A DNA stretch of 64,000 nucleotides from Entomortierella parvispora E1425 (GCA_020891255.1 BQFW01000005.1:1426001-1490000); one strand, 5' to 3'; counted from the stretch's first letter, positions 21,493 to 36,350 are shown. Program-made: numbers and translations. The notes: generated by a model not told the origin, from the letters alone.

Positions 21493-24400
21493 CTACAGCA
21501 TACAGATATGACCAGCGCCCATCCAGGGTCGCTGCGAGTTGAAGTTGTTGACCTCGAACTGGACTTGATCACCAATCTTCATCTGTGCAGTTTCCTCGGG
21601 CGTGGCCTTGACTACTGACTGGAATCCCAGGCGCGTCGACAAGACATTATATCCGTCTCCAGTAAAGTTCACCACCATGCCTTCCAAGACGCCCGAGAGT
21701 CCAGCGGCATGTCGTCGACGGAGCATCTCAATCAACCAAAACTTGATTGATCGCGCCTCCAACATACCAATACTACGCTCGCGATCACGAATTTGGCCCG
21801 TCATCTTGTCCAGAGTGTCCTGGTCGAAAACAGGTGCGGACGATCCACTGTCCTTCAGCAAATGGTTCTTGATTTGCCAATGGGAGACCATATCCGTGTA
21901 TCGGCGCAAGGGGGAGGTTACTTTGCAGTAACCATCCGTAAGACCCATCGACCAATGCACCCATGGGACTGTCGCAATCTCGGCTCCAGATATATAGGGT
22001 CTCAATGGAAGCATGTTCTTGATATCCATCATACCTGTCGTTGGATTCACGCTCTTGAGGGCCTCTTGGAACATTTCTGTGTACTTTTCAGCGGGAGGCG
22101 ATTGGCCACGGTACATAGCTGGTAATCCATTGGCATGAGAATAATGAGCCGCGACACGACCTGCGATGATCATGTACTCTGCCACCATCATCCTCGAAGG
22201 AGATGAAAATCCTGGATCAAGACCTACAGAGATCTGAGGTTGCTGCCATTTTGAATAGTCGACTGGATGATCCAAAATATTATTAGGGACCTTCTTCAGT
22301 GGGTAGGGTGTCAGTTCAATGACAGATCTTCCCAATGAAAAGTTGAACGAGCCGTTCCGAAGTCTGGCGTCCAAGTGACTCTCTGCAACAATCTGCATCC
22401 GCTTCAACTGCGCAACCAACTCTGCATCCTGGGTGTCAATGGAGCCAGTGACTGGTCGATAGTATCGATGCTGCGCGGTACTCTCAGTTGGTTCTGGGCT
22501 CTCTGTCGGTTCTGGGGTGGTCATTTTCGAGCTGTTGATACGGGCTCGAGCTTCCAATCCTCCCTCCACTCTGTTCCACGAGAGCACGTTATCCACGTCG
22601 TCATAGTTCAGGGTTTTGATGTTCCGAACGACTGCTGGCTGAATCTTGGACTCTAGAAATTCTCCATTGCTATCGTTGATCCTAACACTGAATGTCATGA
22701 CCTTTTGTGGAAGTCCATTGTTCGATAAACTCAAGGTGCCTTCCGTCAATGATCTTGGTAACATTGGCCATGAACGTTCGGGAAGGTACACGGTCTGCAT
22801 CCTGTCCCTAGCCATCAATGCGAGTTCGTGGGTCGGTGGGAGGATAGAGGTCGGGTCCGCCACGTGAACATGCACCCAAGTGGACGGTACGGGTGTCAAT
22901 GTTGTTACTGGCACTGGCTCAATCGAGAAGGCATCATCCAACTCTGAGGCTGAGGGATCGTCGATAGCATACACTGCCTGGTTGCCAAAATCGTGACGAA
23001 TGGCATCGCAAGGGTCAACCCGGTACATATCTGCTGAACTTTGGAGGACAATTGGTCTTTTGGGCAGAGACTTGCCCTCCTTGATTTCATCTCTAATTTT
23101 CTTGATATCCTGGTCAAAGTCCCGCTTTAAGCTCTGAGGATTCAACTGACGAATCCTCTCCATGATATCCTGCTCCTCTTGACCACCGCTTGTCAGCGCA
23201 ACTGCCGATCGGTTGATCTCAAGGTTGTACCAAGATGGCCAGATTCCAATCTCGTTCAAGAACAAAAATGCTGTCTGCGGACTGATGTCTTCGTACGCCT
23301 GCAGGGGGCGAAGAAGTTTGGGAAGGTGCACAAGTTGAGGTGCCTTAAACATGTCGTCGTAGCCATGGAATGCAGCCTGGCGAACAAACTCGATGATAGT
23401 CTTGTCTGACGCTGAAAACTCTGTTTCTTTCCAGATCCCAGAGCTCCTGTCCTCGCCTGCTCGGTAGCTCTTGACCAGTTTTTTGCACTTTTCCAAAAAC
23501 TGTGACAGTCTTGGATCATCCTTGCGCATCCAGTCAACCACAGTTTGGGTGGTCAAGACAGCCTGGGGCGGTCTTAAAGCGAACTCGCCAGTCCAGCGCA
23601 CAGCCACAGAGGGGATGAACATGGCGAGATTGGGATCCTGGGTCAAGAACATGTGGGTTGCATAGATCTCTTGAAGCGTCAGAGGAACGGCGTCTGGGCC
23701 TTCCTTTGAGAAGACAAACTTTGCAGCCTCCGGTGTTGTCAAGGCTCGTTGTTTCCTCTCATGCCAGAAGGTGTCGTAGAGCTTGTTGAATCGGGTGTAA
23801 TGTGTGCCCAGGATTACCAAGGCTTCGTCTGCAAAGTCTACGGCTGCTTTTGCAGCTCCAGCTGGTGGCGAGATTGGGTTGGCTTCCACATCCCAGTGAC
23901 CAACTTTTTTTTGAATGTGATCCAGAAAGAGGAATCCTGGGATTCGAAAGACTACATCTGCCGTCCTGTGATAGAGCACTTTTCCTCCATGCGTGATACT
24001 TGTTGACTGAAGACGCCCTTCCATCTGGTCAAAGTCCTGGCGGTAGATGGCATGTGATGACACTCCTCCTCTGAAGAAAACAAGATAACAGCGAGGATGG
24101 CCTCAAGTCAGTAAAATGGCGTCTGTGCGCAGTACGACAATGAGAAAGAAAAAGAAATAAAAATCAGTGCTCGCACTCCTCTCACTCACCTGCGAATTTC
24201 GACAAAGTCTCCTGGCAGAACCTCTCGGTTCTGGAGGTTCTCAATTCCAAAAAGGTCGCTGACATGGCCCGGCGGAATGACAGGGCGCTTGAATATTTTA
24301 AGAGTCGGTTCATGGGTGCCGGATTCCGAGTTCAGGGTTAGCTGCATGGCTGCCTTTTCCTTCATGGCGTCTCGAGCATTCCTCTCCGAGATCTTTCGTG

Positions 24401-24656
24401 AAAGGGAGAGAATCCTATTGCGCTCCTCCATAAACTCTTCCGAAGGAGTAAGTCTCTTGTCCCCTCCAGACCTGGGGTGGTATGAAGGAGACTGGGCATA
24501 GCGGTCGTCCTTGAAGGGAGCCTTTGCCTTTCTGTGTTGGGTGGGTTTTGAGTAGGAGGGGGAAGGGCGAGAGAAAGTCTTTAAGGAGCAAGTCTGACCC
24601 AGACAGGCACGCCTGTAGACAGCGCACACGCTGGCGGATGCGGATGAGCGGTGCAT
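21493..24656 (-). CDS. DSS1: Mitochondrial RNase II/RNB-family 3'-5' exoribonuclease (Dss1/Cyt-4 like)
   Basis: Exons 24656..24190 and 24070..21493 (GTGAGT/TTCAG, in frame). RNB motifs AIDDPSASELDDAFS, WVHVHVADP, TVYLPE, SRMMVAEYMI and VTSPLRRYTD. Arg/Ser-rich presequence. Confidence 0.9.
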
Positions 24657-25082
24657 CTATCTGTCGGTGTGAAGGTGTGAAGGGTATGGGTATGAAAGGT
24701 GACGACAGGGACACGAGAGACGGGGGATACTACATAGAGAGTGAGCGATCTGCATAAACAACGACAAGCCACGAAGTGACTGTCTTTCGAGAACGGCCAT
24801 CTGCATTCATTTTCACACATCGCACATTGCACACATCCCCACGCGTTCTTTCGTCTTTTCTGTCTCCCTTTGTCCCCTTCTTCTTTTGCATCATCCATCG
24901 GGACTGGCCGACTGTCTGTCTGTCTGTCTGTCTGCCTCCTATCCTTATCGCCTACTTTGTCCTTGGTAGAAGAACTCAGAGCAACCTCCCTTCTTCCCCC
25001 CGTCCCTGACCAAACACGCGTCGCCCCATCCCTCTCTCTCCTTCCTCTTCTCTTTCCCTCGGACATCTCTTCCAAAGCAGCC

Positions 25083-28000
25083 ATGGCTCCAATGGCCCCC
25101 ATGTGGTGGTTCAAAGAGGTCCCTGTCCAGCCAGAGGCCTTTGTGGACATGCGCCATCCTGTGCGCCATGTGGTCCCCTCCCCATGGAATCTGCGACCCC
25201 TGGCTGAAAGTGCCTCGCGCTCATTCGAGCACCATGGTGGCGTCTTTGCCTTCCCCAGCCAGTTTGCAAAGTCGGTCGTGTGGAGGACAAAGGAAAATGC
25301 CTCGGCGCTCGAGCTGACCTCGCTCTCGGGCAGAGAAAACACCCCGACGCGCCAGATCACCTTTGTCTTCCATGCGCCTATCCTCCCTAGAGTCCATTTT
25401 GGCCCCCTGTCTCCTACCGGCGGCATCACCATCACGCTTCTGACTGCCGACAGCGTTCTCTATCGACTTCAGATCTCGTCCTTGAGCCGCTTTTCCACTC
25501 GAGACACGCCAGAGAGCTATTCGTCTGCGGCACAAATTGCCTGGAACAGCAGCTTCGAGCCTCAGCTTTTCAACTACCTAGGCGATCGTCAAGCTGCCGT
25601 GGCATCAAGCAACGGCGACCTTTGTTTAATTCGTACAGCATTGCTGGCCGAGGACACACATCGACATGGCAAGTACCTCGAACAGAATATGCATCCGGTA
25701 CATTTATAAACTGTAGCTCCGAACTGACCTATTATACAACCGATCCTTATAGACCATGCCGAGGTTAAAATCTATGATCTGCGGGACGATTCACACGCTA
25801 ACAAGATCCCACAAGTGTCTACGATTCAAAAGTTTTACTCTCGGTTCCAGTCTGCATTAGACAACTCTAGTCTGGCCATTCCCGCAGGATTTTCAGATGT
25901 TCAGGCGCGCATGGAAACATTGGCTATGGAGACATTCACAACACATGACGACACTCTGTTGTTCACATTGCACCAAGACAGGACAATTCGTGTGTGGTCA
26001 ACTGGTCGCAGGCAATGTCTTCAAACCATGAGAACTCCACCTTCACCCAACGACTCGGGATATCTGCACGAGTCCATCGGCTCCTCAGCACGCGCACATC
26101 TCGGCATTATGTACAATCCTCAAATGCCTTGGGTGCTACGCCTTCTTGCCTACATCCCATCCGAAGGCGAGTCTCAGCTTTCAATCTATACAACCAGACT
26201 GGATGCTACAGAGGATGTGGACTTTGTGCCCGGACCTGTGAGCATCGTACGACCAGATTCGGCAAGTGCACCCGGATCCAATATCTCGAGCCTTGTGACC
26301 TTGAGTATTACTTTGAACGAAAATCGCTCTGGCTATACGATTTGGGGACTCTGGGACAGCGACACAAAAGTCTCTGCAAAGTATATGCAGATCGACGACC
26401 CACCAGTGGAGAGAGAACACTTTGATCAGTTCTTGCAACGGGACCTATTGGATGGTCGCTGGTGGTCTGTATCTATGCATTCGCCCTCCAGCGGTCTTAT
26501 CAAGGATATTAGCTCAGTTGACGATACTATTGTGGACCTCTCTCGACATTTCTCTGATTATGTGTTTGCTTCAGGGCGTTTTTCGTACCGTACAGTCGTC
26601 GATGCTTTCAAGACAGTATTCCCCTCTCGCAGCATCGCACTGGACGAAAAGTTACAGGAACAAGTAGTTGCCGCGGTGGTAGCAGATAGAGCTAAAGAGC
26701 ATCAACACATCACTCGGGATCAGGAAAGACAGGAGGAGATCGTGCTATGGACGCGATTTATCTCGACGTGCGCCAAGATTGACCACGATGCCTCAGTACC
26801 TCTCTGTCTCTCCGTAGCCGCCGACACTGGATATATGATCATTGTCAAACAGGACTCGATGAGTTTCTTGACAGCGTGCGACGACTCTGAAATTCTCTAT
26901 CACACATTCCTGGACAAGCAGTTCGAGGTCGCTCAGTTTATAGCCACACCCCCATCGCAGCTTCGGAGCACATACCCAAAAATCCAGGATATTACGTTAA
27001 GAAAAGACGTTGCCAAGATTTTCATGGCAATGAACTTCTTGACAGGCGGACTCGGCGCAAGATCCTCCAAAGCTCTGGAGACAACTATATCGCATCTCGG
27101 CGCATCTCATGGGCCTAGGAGCTTTACAGACATTTTCTCTCGCGAGCATTTGCCTCGTTATGTCTCCAAGACGGACATGAACAGAGCTCGGAATTTGATT
27201 GCCTCCTGTGGGGCTCATACAGAAGTTTTCCAATATCTTGTTCACCAGCTTTTGTCAAACGCCAACTCGACCCCTTCTGGACTTCATTCGAATCGCTGCA
27301 TCTTGCCATACGAGGCTCTGGTTGCAGCAAGTGTCCAACAACTCGCCTTGAACCGTTATGCCATCGCTCAAAATTTCCTGGTCCTGGTTACTGTCATGGC
27401 AAGCGCGGTTCCATCAACACGTGTATGGATTCAGGACGAAATGAGATTCATCTCGGATGCCATGCGGATCGTGCAGTCACTGTTGATTCTCAAGTGGGTT
27501 TCCAGCCAAACTGTCTCTGCACCATCATCTGGACTGGAACAGCAGATGGCCATGATGAACGTGGACGCGACTTCTGGACACGATGCCTCATTACTGGACC
27601 AACAAAGTCTTATTGGATCTCTTCTTAAAACTATGGCCTCGGAAACGGCCAAGTATGGAACAGTCGAGTTCCCCATCTTCTTGGCGATCCCTCGTGCTGT
27701 ATCCACTTTTCTGTACAAGTTGGGCATCCTCAACCAAGGACAGGATGAGGATACCAAATACCATGCAGGATTGGCGCAACGTTTGTCTGGACTTGGGGAG
27801 ATGACGCTTCTATCGCAGTTTTTGGTCTTGGTGCCCACTACTTCTTCGATGGCATATTATCAGGGCAAGGCTCTGTTGGACCAAGGACAACCTGCAGCGG
27901 CACTTCAACAGTTTTTGGCAGTCACCGCTTGCTTTGGTATGCTCAAGAACAGGTTTATTGTACGAAATCTGAACCAAACGTACTGTACTCTCTCTCTAAA

Positions 28001-30327
28001 AAAAATACCATGCTCAACTTATAGGCAACGATATTCAAAGCGTGGAACAGGAACTGGACATTATGCAGCTCGATTACAGTAACAAATTGAATCACGGTCA
28101 GGCAAGGGTACACGACTACTATTGCCATGTGATCGAGATTCTCTCAGAGAAGGATGCGCACAAGGAGGTCGTCAAGGTCGCCAAGCTTGCTCTCTCTGAT
28201 CTGCTTAGAGTACGTCTTTGTTTAGTCGCCTCACCTTGGATTAATTTGGACGTATATGGCTGTTGCGATTAACTCTAACAGTACTCCTCAATAACTCTAG
28301 AATACAAAGTTGCCGGTGACAGAGACGCAGACAAGAGTGATGCTGGCTCATATTATTTGCTCCGGCCTGTCTATTGGAGCGTATGAGCAATCCTATGCAG
28401 CCGTGATGCAGATTTCAAATGAGTTGGCGTAAGTTGTCAGGCTTCGGGAAAGGAGGAAACACAGTTAGTTTTGAGCCACAGACACTGACAATTTGTTACT
28501 ATGAAAATCTATAGACGAAAGCAATACCTTCGAGTGTTTGTCTCCACCGTGTGCAACAGAGGCGACGGCGCAAAGCTGAGCTTGTTTCCTTTCAAGGGTT
28601 TACAGGATGAAGTGGAGCGCCTTTTGTTGACAAAAGCACAGCAGTCACCTGTGTTGTCTTCTCCAGACTATTATTCGATTCTTGCCGCCTATTACACTTA
28701 TCGCGGCGACTACAGAAATGGTAAGAGATGTCTAAATGACTGCTCTTTTTATTGGAGGTTAAGGATTTTAGAATGCTAACATGGCCCGCATCTCCCTTTA
28801 TAGTGGCCTCCGTCATGTGTCAGCAAGCCCAACGACTCACCGATACGTCCGATGCATCAGAATCTGTGCCTCTGCTCTTGAGAGAAGCAAGCAAAGCATA
28901 TCTGGCAGCTATTAATGCACTTCATCTTGCTGGGCCCAAATCGGCGTGGGTATCAATGCCTGCTATCGACGAGGTAAACAAGATATAAAGTTAGCGACCC
29001 AGATATGTGCTGTCGAACCATTATGTCTGACTAACAGTGTTTGCTCCTCATGTAAACCTATACAAATAGAGGGTGAAGCGGAGAAAAATTGAAAAGACGA
29101 GTACACACGGTCTTCCACGCCACGTGTCAGCTATGGACCAGAGCTCGGGATATCCGTGCAAAACTGCTATTGTTCATTTATCAGACCTTCGTAAAGAATA
29201 CGCTTTGATCGCTGCCAAGATCAAGTTGCTCAAGGAGATTCCAGCCCACATCTTGTCAGGTATATTATTGGATTGGCTTTGTTTTCCTTTTGTATATTTC
29301 AGTCCGCTGACTTTAGGAGCTGCTTTTGTATGTTTAGCTGCGCTCAAGTTGACACCAGAAGAGACTATTATCATGCTTGTCCGAACTGGGTGCTTTGACA
29401 CCGCAACGTCTTTGGCAGTCCATTATGGCTTGGAATTGGACGTGGTGTTTGATTATTTGGTAGACAAGTATCTGTTGGCCGTTGCTCAGGAGCAAGAGTA
29501 AGTGCCTTTGACCCGTCCTTGATTATTTTACTGCAAATAATATTGTTGTGTACCTGTTACTTACCAAAAACCACGCTTCCTTTAGAGAACTTCTTGGAAA
29601 GGATGGACTTGTGGACCCGAGAGACAGCAGTCGGAAACAACCCCAAGTAGACAGGACTCGATCGTCCAATGCGCTCTTGACATTACAGAGTTACTTGGAT
29701 CGCCACGACAGCGCCTTGGGAACCAACTTCAAGTACAGATCCAACGTAGTGGCGAGGATGCTGGAGAAGAATTCAGATTTCGATCTTCAGCCATGGTTGA
29801 CTCAACATTATTTGGTAAGTGTGCTGGACAGCCTCGTAGCAAAGATTTCGATATCCAGCACCTATGCTAATGAATCAACCTCTATTCTTTTGTTTTCAAC
29901 AACTACCAGACTCATAACCCAGAGGATCTGATCCGCCTTTATCTCAGCCATGGAGCACTGGCCAAGGCAGCTCGGTTTTCCTCCATTGTTATCCAAACTG
30001 TAAGTGAAGATACATGTGGTTAATCCTGCTGCGATCGACTGATACCCGCTTTGCTGTACAACTAACTTTTAACACATTTAACCTTCTCATGGCTTACAAA
30101 ATAATTAGGCGCTGAATAAGGATGAGCCAGTCTCGCGGCACCCGAACGCGCGCTGGCTTCCTTACTCTCTTTTGGACGAGATCTTTGCGTTATTGAAGGA
30201 GAGAATCGAACATGGAAAGGCAGTGCCAGGCGATCGCAAGAGAGAAGAACTGGAGAGCATCAGGAAACAGCTGGATACTGATGTCAACTTGTACCTGGAG
30301 AACGTCGAGCGGGAGTCCATCTTTTAA
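25083..30327 (+). CDS. NUP160: Nucleoporin Nup160/Nup120, multi-exon
   Basis: Large beta-propeller plus helical protein. Motifs include TLHQDRTIRVWS, YYCHVIEIL, RKQYLRVFVSTVC...FPFKGLQDEVE, YYSILAAYYTYRGDYRN and HLSDLRKEY. About ten GT-AG introns; stop at 30325-30327. Confidence 0.88.
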
Positions 30328-31328
30328 AGAGATGCAAAAAAACACCCTCCAACAGGGTCAGGGTCCTACCTTTGGTCCACTTCCACTGTCTCTGTCCGTG
30401 CACCTCTATCAATTGGTTAGAGTGCGAAGAATGCGCGACGTTGTTGTTGCCAAACAAAACAGCAGAGGACTTTTTAGAAATTAAAATAAAACAATCGGCT
30501 CAACTATTCTGCCCTGGATCAATCATAAAGACGGCACGGCACGCGTGTGTCTCGCGATCGGTCTTTGACCTGAGTGCATGAGGATGGATGGAGTGTTGAA
30601 TGGCAGGAGTGATGTGATGTGTTGTGATGTTGATGAAGAGAAGCAGAGAGGCAAGAGGGAGATAAACATCAACACACAAACGAAATAAAAATAGGGGTCT
30701 GCTTGTCTGACAGCATCAGAAATAAAAAGAGCGGCACGCGGTCGGTCCTCATGGCCACAAAAGGGGCGAAAGACCCCCTTTCTTTCTTTCTTGTTTTCTT
30801 TTCGTTCCTTCGTTTCTCTGCGTGGACTGTCCGTCTGTGGCCATTGTGCCTGCAGGGCAGCGCGGCTGTGTGAAGAGGAGCAAAGGATGACAGAGTTGCT
30901 CATGGGACCACTGCTGCTTCGCAACAGCTGGCAGGCTGATGTCGGACGGGCTGACGGTCTGTCGGCCCTGCTGGGTGCCTGCTTCGTGCGTCCTCGACCC
31001 CTTTGTCCCTATTTCACAACGAATACACTGGGAAACAAACAAACCAGTAAGCAAACATACCTTCCATCATCGCCACTATCTGCCTGTCCTCTCCCTCCTC
31101 TTTCTCCTCCTCCACACTTTCAATTCCTTCCTTTTTCTTTTCCCCTTCTTGACGTTTTACTTGTCCTTTTCATTCTCCACTCTTCAGCGAGAGAGGAGTC
31201 CACGGATCCCAACTGCTCCCCTCCCACACCCCTTCGCCTTCAAACATAGAACTGGTTTTTTTTATCTTCTCTCGTAGATTCCCAATCCATCCTTCGCATC
31301 CATAGAGTCCCCTTCTGCTAATCCCGTA

Positions 31329-34300
31329 ATGCTTCCTCGGCCTGTCTCCACGCTGTCCCAGATCGTACTTTCATTTCTACTCGCCACCGCCCTCATCCCT
31401 GTACAGATCCATGCAGGTAATGTTTTCAGGACCCACTACTATCACAACCATTGTCCATACTGTTTGCTGAGACCAGGTCTTTATGCCAAACCCCGTTCAT
31501 AGGTGTCTCCAGTGCCCGTCTGCAATGTCAGTATTCGTTTCTTGGGATCACCAACATGATCCAAGATCCATCCTGTACACTCTTGGCACAGACAGGGACG
31601 GATCCCCCGGTAGTCGCAGCGCCCCCAACTTTACCAACGACCCCTTCGATCTCGACAGGACCGTTGACGGCAGGACCAACAGCGGCCAACCCATGGTCTT
31701 ATACCCCTGGATGGGTTTATAACCCCATGTTTTCCTGTTGCTCCTATTCCTCCTCTGCCACCAACAGCACGGATGCCTCCCTCCCAACTTTGATCACCTC
31801 AGTGGACTTGTCCTCGTCTGCAGCATTGATCGACCAAGGACAACAGGAACTGGAACTCTCTGCTAGCTTCTACACCTCCAATGGCCCGAACTCTACAAGC
31901 CCCTCTTCTTCCACTACCGACACGTTCTTGGTCTTGATTCGCTTTCTGGATAGCACAGGCGCCTACATGACAATAGACACCACAGGCGCTGACTCGACTA
32001 GCCAGGCACAGGCACTTCGTCCGGCCGACGTGGAGAGTTTGCTCTACTATGAATTTGATGCCGTGACTTTGGAGGACGTCCGGATTCCTGTTGGGGCACG
32101 CGCCGTGGTCGTACAAATCTTGGTGCCTGCTGCCCAAACTTCGTTCTGCTTCGACTACTTCGCTCTGCGACTAGGTAAAATCTAGCACGTGTGTGTATAG
32201 GCGAGAAGGGGTAATGTGGGTGGCGGGTATGACAGGATAATGACGATTTTTTTAAACTAATCGTTGGTTGCCTGGACATCTTAGTGCAAGGGTCGAATTA
32301 CCCTACAATCCAGAGTCTTATCCAAAAGTGCTTGATCGCTGTGGGGTGCCTGGTACTTGTCAACGGTATCATCATCCCTATAATCTTGTTCCACGGTCTC
32401 CCAGGCTGGATCTGGCGCACAGCGTAAGTCAACCTCTCTCTCTAGGATGCAGGCATTACTGAACACTCGAGCACAATATACTTACCCGCTTATGTTTAAC
32501 TTTGGGAAATGCAGACCAGTCAACTTTTTTCAAAAGAATCCGGTCGTGGATCATTATGTTCCGCTGGCGCTCTTTGTTTCAACCTGTCAATGGATCTACA
32601 ACATCTTACTCCAGTACCTGGGCGGATCATCTTCGACAGTCTCAATCATTCACTCTTCACAGGCGATGTGGTTGATTCCCTTGGTGCTTATTGGCACGTT
32701 CTTTGCCTCTGCATTCGTACACTGGGCGCTCTTTCTTTGCTACAACCAAGTGATGCAGCGACCTCGCCAGCGGTTCCATGCAGCACCCCGCCGGTGGCGG
32801 GCTCCCTTGCTTGGCTTGTGGGCAGCACTTTGCCTGTTTGTAGCCAGGATTGGCATCTTGGCGCTCGCCATTATTCAGGGCGGGTACTGGTCGGTGCCCA
32901 TCGGGATCCTCCTGGCTGTCCCGGAGACAGCTGCCATGGCCTCAGTCATGATTTTCTTCATCAAGACAATGTGGCTTCTTATTAGAGAAGGTCGTGTCAA
33001 GGATAGAAGAGGAGTCGCTCACCAAGGAATTTCGGGAGGAAACAACGGAGGAAAGAAGGGCGCCAACTTGTCTCGTTCAGATTCAACAACACCGCTTTGG
33101 GACGACGCCGCCTCGGTGATGTCTCTGGATGACCCCCAGGATGACTTGATCAACCTTTCTAGCTACCACCACCGTGCCTATGTCAAATCTCTGCTAACGC
33201 CTGAAAATGACCTCAGGGACGCGGCTGGTAGTATGTATGGGCGATCGACAATTGGGTCAGACAGGGCTCCCAACGCTGCTGGAAGGTCAGGATACGGTGG
33301 TGCGAACAGTACGGCGGGAGACAACTCGAGTCGTTACATGGGATCTACACTGAACACCACCATCTCCATGGCTAGCTCCTCTGCGACTGAATATACTCGG
33401 TTTCCGACTGAATACGACTTTAATGTGTCCCCAGAGACGGACCGCAGATTTTTGTCCCCCACCGCTGCTCGGCAAGGAAAAGGAGTAGGAGCACAGCGTG
33501 GACGATCGGGAGCACCTTCTGAAAAGTCAACCTCTGCTCCATCTGCGCGAACTACAGGCGGCCCTAGTACTGGTCAGCGGCGTCCACCCATGTACAAGAA
33601 TCGACCCAGCAGCACCAATACCAATACCAACATCAACAACCACAAGCTCACCTGGAACTCGGCCACGACATCGTATACCACAACGTCGGCTGCGTTGCCC
33701 ATGACGGGAGAGACTCCAACGCTTTCGGTCTGGGAATACATTGTGTACCCAAAGCGACATATCTGGCCGACACTTGTAGGCACTTATTGGCTTATTGCTC
33801 GTTTGCCTCTTCGGATCCTGGTCGCCGTCCTCACGACCTTGGTTCTGTGCTATGACGTCCTCTTGAGCATGGGAGCGGCTGAAACTGTGCTGGCTGTGCC
33901 AGTGTCCTGCCTTCTTGGCGCCATGGCCTATCCTGGTCAGGGCCAGTTCGATAATACGATGAACGTGGCTCGTGCAATGCATACTGTCAATCTGGTTTTG
34001 ATTGTGGTATTGCTACCGTCCGTGGTAATACTTACAGTGGTACATCAGATCCGGATGGTCCAAAAGTACAATTGGTGCTTGCGCCTGCTCCGCATGGGAA
34101 ATTACGGATTTATTCCTGGAGGTCGAGGTGAGCACGAAGACATGGTCAGGTGAACGCAAGTTTCGGTGGCCCCATGTTGATAGTCACTAACTTGGCTTTA
34201 TTTCTTCACAATAGAATACACGCAGCACCTAAAGCACCCCGTACGGTTCATTGGATATACTGTCGGATTTGGTGTGGTTGGTCTGTGCTTCACTGTGGTT

Positions 34301-35503
34301 CTACTTTTCACCTTGTGCACGTTGGTGGCGATGCTTCTTGTCGCTGCCACCTTCCGATCCTCAATCTTCCGCACTCTGGGCTCTCGTGCTCTTGCCGCGT
34401 TTGGAATCTCTTGTTTATTAGTTCTCATTCTCTGGATTGTTCAAATGCTGGTCATCCGATACCGATTCCGGATGCCTGGATCCCGTTTCTTACTCTCATC
34501 TCACAACGCTTCCCGGGCAGGCTTCTATCACTGGGAATTCTTTTGGGCCTTTTTCAACATTGTCTTTGGCGCCTTTTCATTCTCGAAGCGCATCTTTCTC
34601 TCGGTCCTGTCGATGGGCATCTACTCGACCCGGATCGATCTGTGTATCATGGGAGGGCGCTTTCGACCGTGGGATGGAGGATACTCGGCCTTTGTGGGTC
34701 TTGTCCTTGCGGACCATGTTCTCAACCACCCGATTGTGCTCGAGTTTGTGCAGATTCTTCGCGATCTCCTCTTGGTGAGGCGACATCCCAACTTGGCCCA
34801 TATTTATTTGGAGGCGCGGAAGAATGAGTCCTCGACATCACGAAATGGGCAAGAAAATGAGGACGATATTCGAAAGCGAAGGCTGATGATGATGATGAGT
34901 CCACAGCAACCTCACCGGGGAGGTGTGGGAGCGAGAAGAAGAGCTCTTAACGACATTGAGGAAGCAGAGGAAGCGAGGATGGAGGATCTGTTGATGGTTA
35001 GTGGTGGTGCAGCAGGTGTTGGCGTCGCCATCAAAGGAGGTGCCGCTAGCCCAGAGGTTTCAAAAGTTCACCATTACTTTCGATTGGACCAGCGCGCCGA
35101 TCGGCACGGGGCTGGGCAAGGTCCTCTTGGCGCTGCACTTGCGTCCTCTTCGTCCGCGGCGCCCTTGTCTCCACCTCCAGCCTATGGGCAACCGAATCGA
35201 GGCGTGTCTGGTCTTCATGTTCAACTCCAGGACACCCGTACCATCATTGGTGACCATTCCTCTGCAGTCTCTCGTGAGCAGATTCGACAAAAGATGTCGG
35301 AGGCAAAGTTACGATCCATTCGCATCCGCAACCGGTGGTTCCTTTTGGTGACTTTAGTCCGGAACCCGTCTCTGTGCTCCTTGCGGAGGACCAAGGCCGA
35401 AGACTTTTTGCATCCCATCGGACAAGGCGCCGAGTTCTTCGACCTGCACGGGAGTCATGAAGAAGAGGCCCTGACAGATATCCAATGGGACCGTGAAGAT
35501 TAA
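31329..35503 (+). CDS. STRA6-like (retinol-binding-protein receptor family) multipass membrane protein with signal peptide and jelly-roll-like ectodomain
   Basis: Signal peptide MLPRPVSTLSQIVLSFLLATALIPVQIHA followed by multiple transmembrane segments. STRA6 C-terminal motifs are RIDLCIM...WDGGYSAFVGLVLADHVLNHPI and RIRNRWFLLVTLVRNPSL. Introns at about 31417-31502, 32175-32284 and others. Confidence 0.8.
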
Positions 35504-36149
35504 CAAAGCGAGAAGTGGGAGAGGATGCTCCTGGCATGTATTTTTTTGTGCCTGTAGATTGTAAATAAATTGATCTGTAGCTGCCGTTTGAAGATAATAG
35601 ACAAAACGGGAAAAAAAAACGAGATGAATGAATGCCACAACTTTGGCTATCGAATCAATTGTTCTAACTCAAAACTGCCTTAACGACCAGCTCACGTTCG
35701 ATGTAGATGAGCAGACATCTTCTTTGGGACTAGGCTGCTTTCAATTTTTGCTTTTGTTGGTCATACAAGTGCGACTTTGCGACAGGATGCATTGTGCCTG
35801 AAGCGACCAGAACAACGAAGTTCACATTGTCTGAAGAGCACCAGTTTTGCCAAGATAAATGAGACGATGAATGAGGCAATCGCTAGCGAGGGCCGACACG
35901 TTAGGCCCTATAGTGCTCGAAGACATAAGGCGGCATGCTCCTTTTAAAGAGATGTCGTCACTAAGTGTAGCGTGTGATTGAATGTGCACATGCGCACAAG
36001 TGCATGCCAAAGGCACCAAACCAATCCCAAAAAAGACTTTTGTCACTTTTGTGCGACTATCTCGGTGAGCAGGACAATCTGATTTGCAATGTTTGTGTAG
36101 GAGATAGAAAAGACACTGAGATTCCGCTTTAGTGAAATAATACCTTCGA

Positions 36150-36350
36150 AGAACTCTAATGATCATCTTGCCCTTGGCTCTGCCAGACTCACTCTTGTCA
36201 AGAGCAGCCAACACCGATGCCAGCGTAAGTTCACTGACGGAATCAATGACTGGATAGGCCTGACCGACTTGATCCAGGATCTGGACCGCTTGTCTCAACA
36301 CCTGGCCATCGGGTGACAATGTTATAAAGTGATAGCCAGGGCCAGACTTC
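36150..36350 (-). pseudogene. Isolated C-terminal fragment of an MDR/quinone-oxidoreductase (ADH_zinc_N_2-like)
   Basis: YHFITLSPDGQVL...YPVIDSV.EL....AALDKSESGRAKGKMII matches the family C-terminus. No upstream exons were recognised. Confidence 0.6.

Noticed and set aside
24581-25435. 284-aa minus-strand ORF
   Set aside because: Antisense to NUP160 exon 1 and the low-complexity bidirectional promoter.
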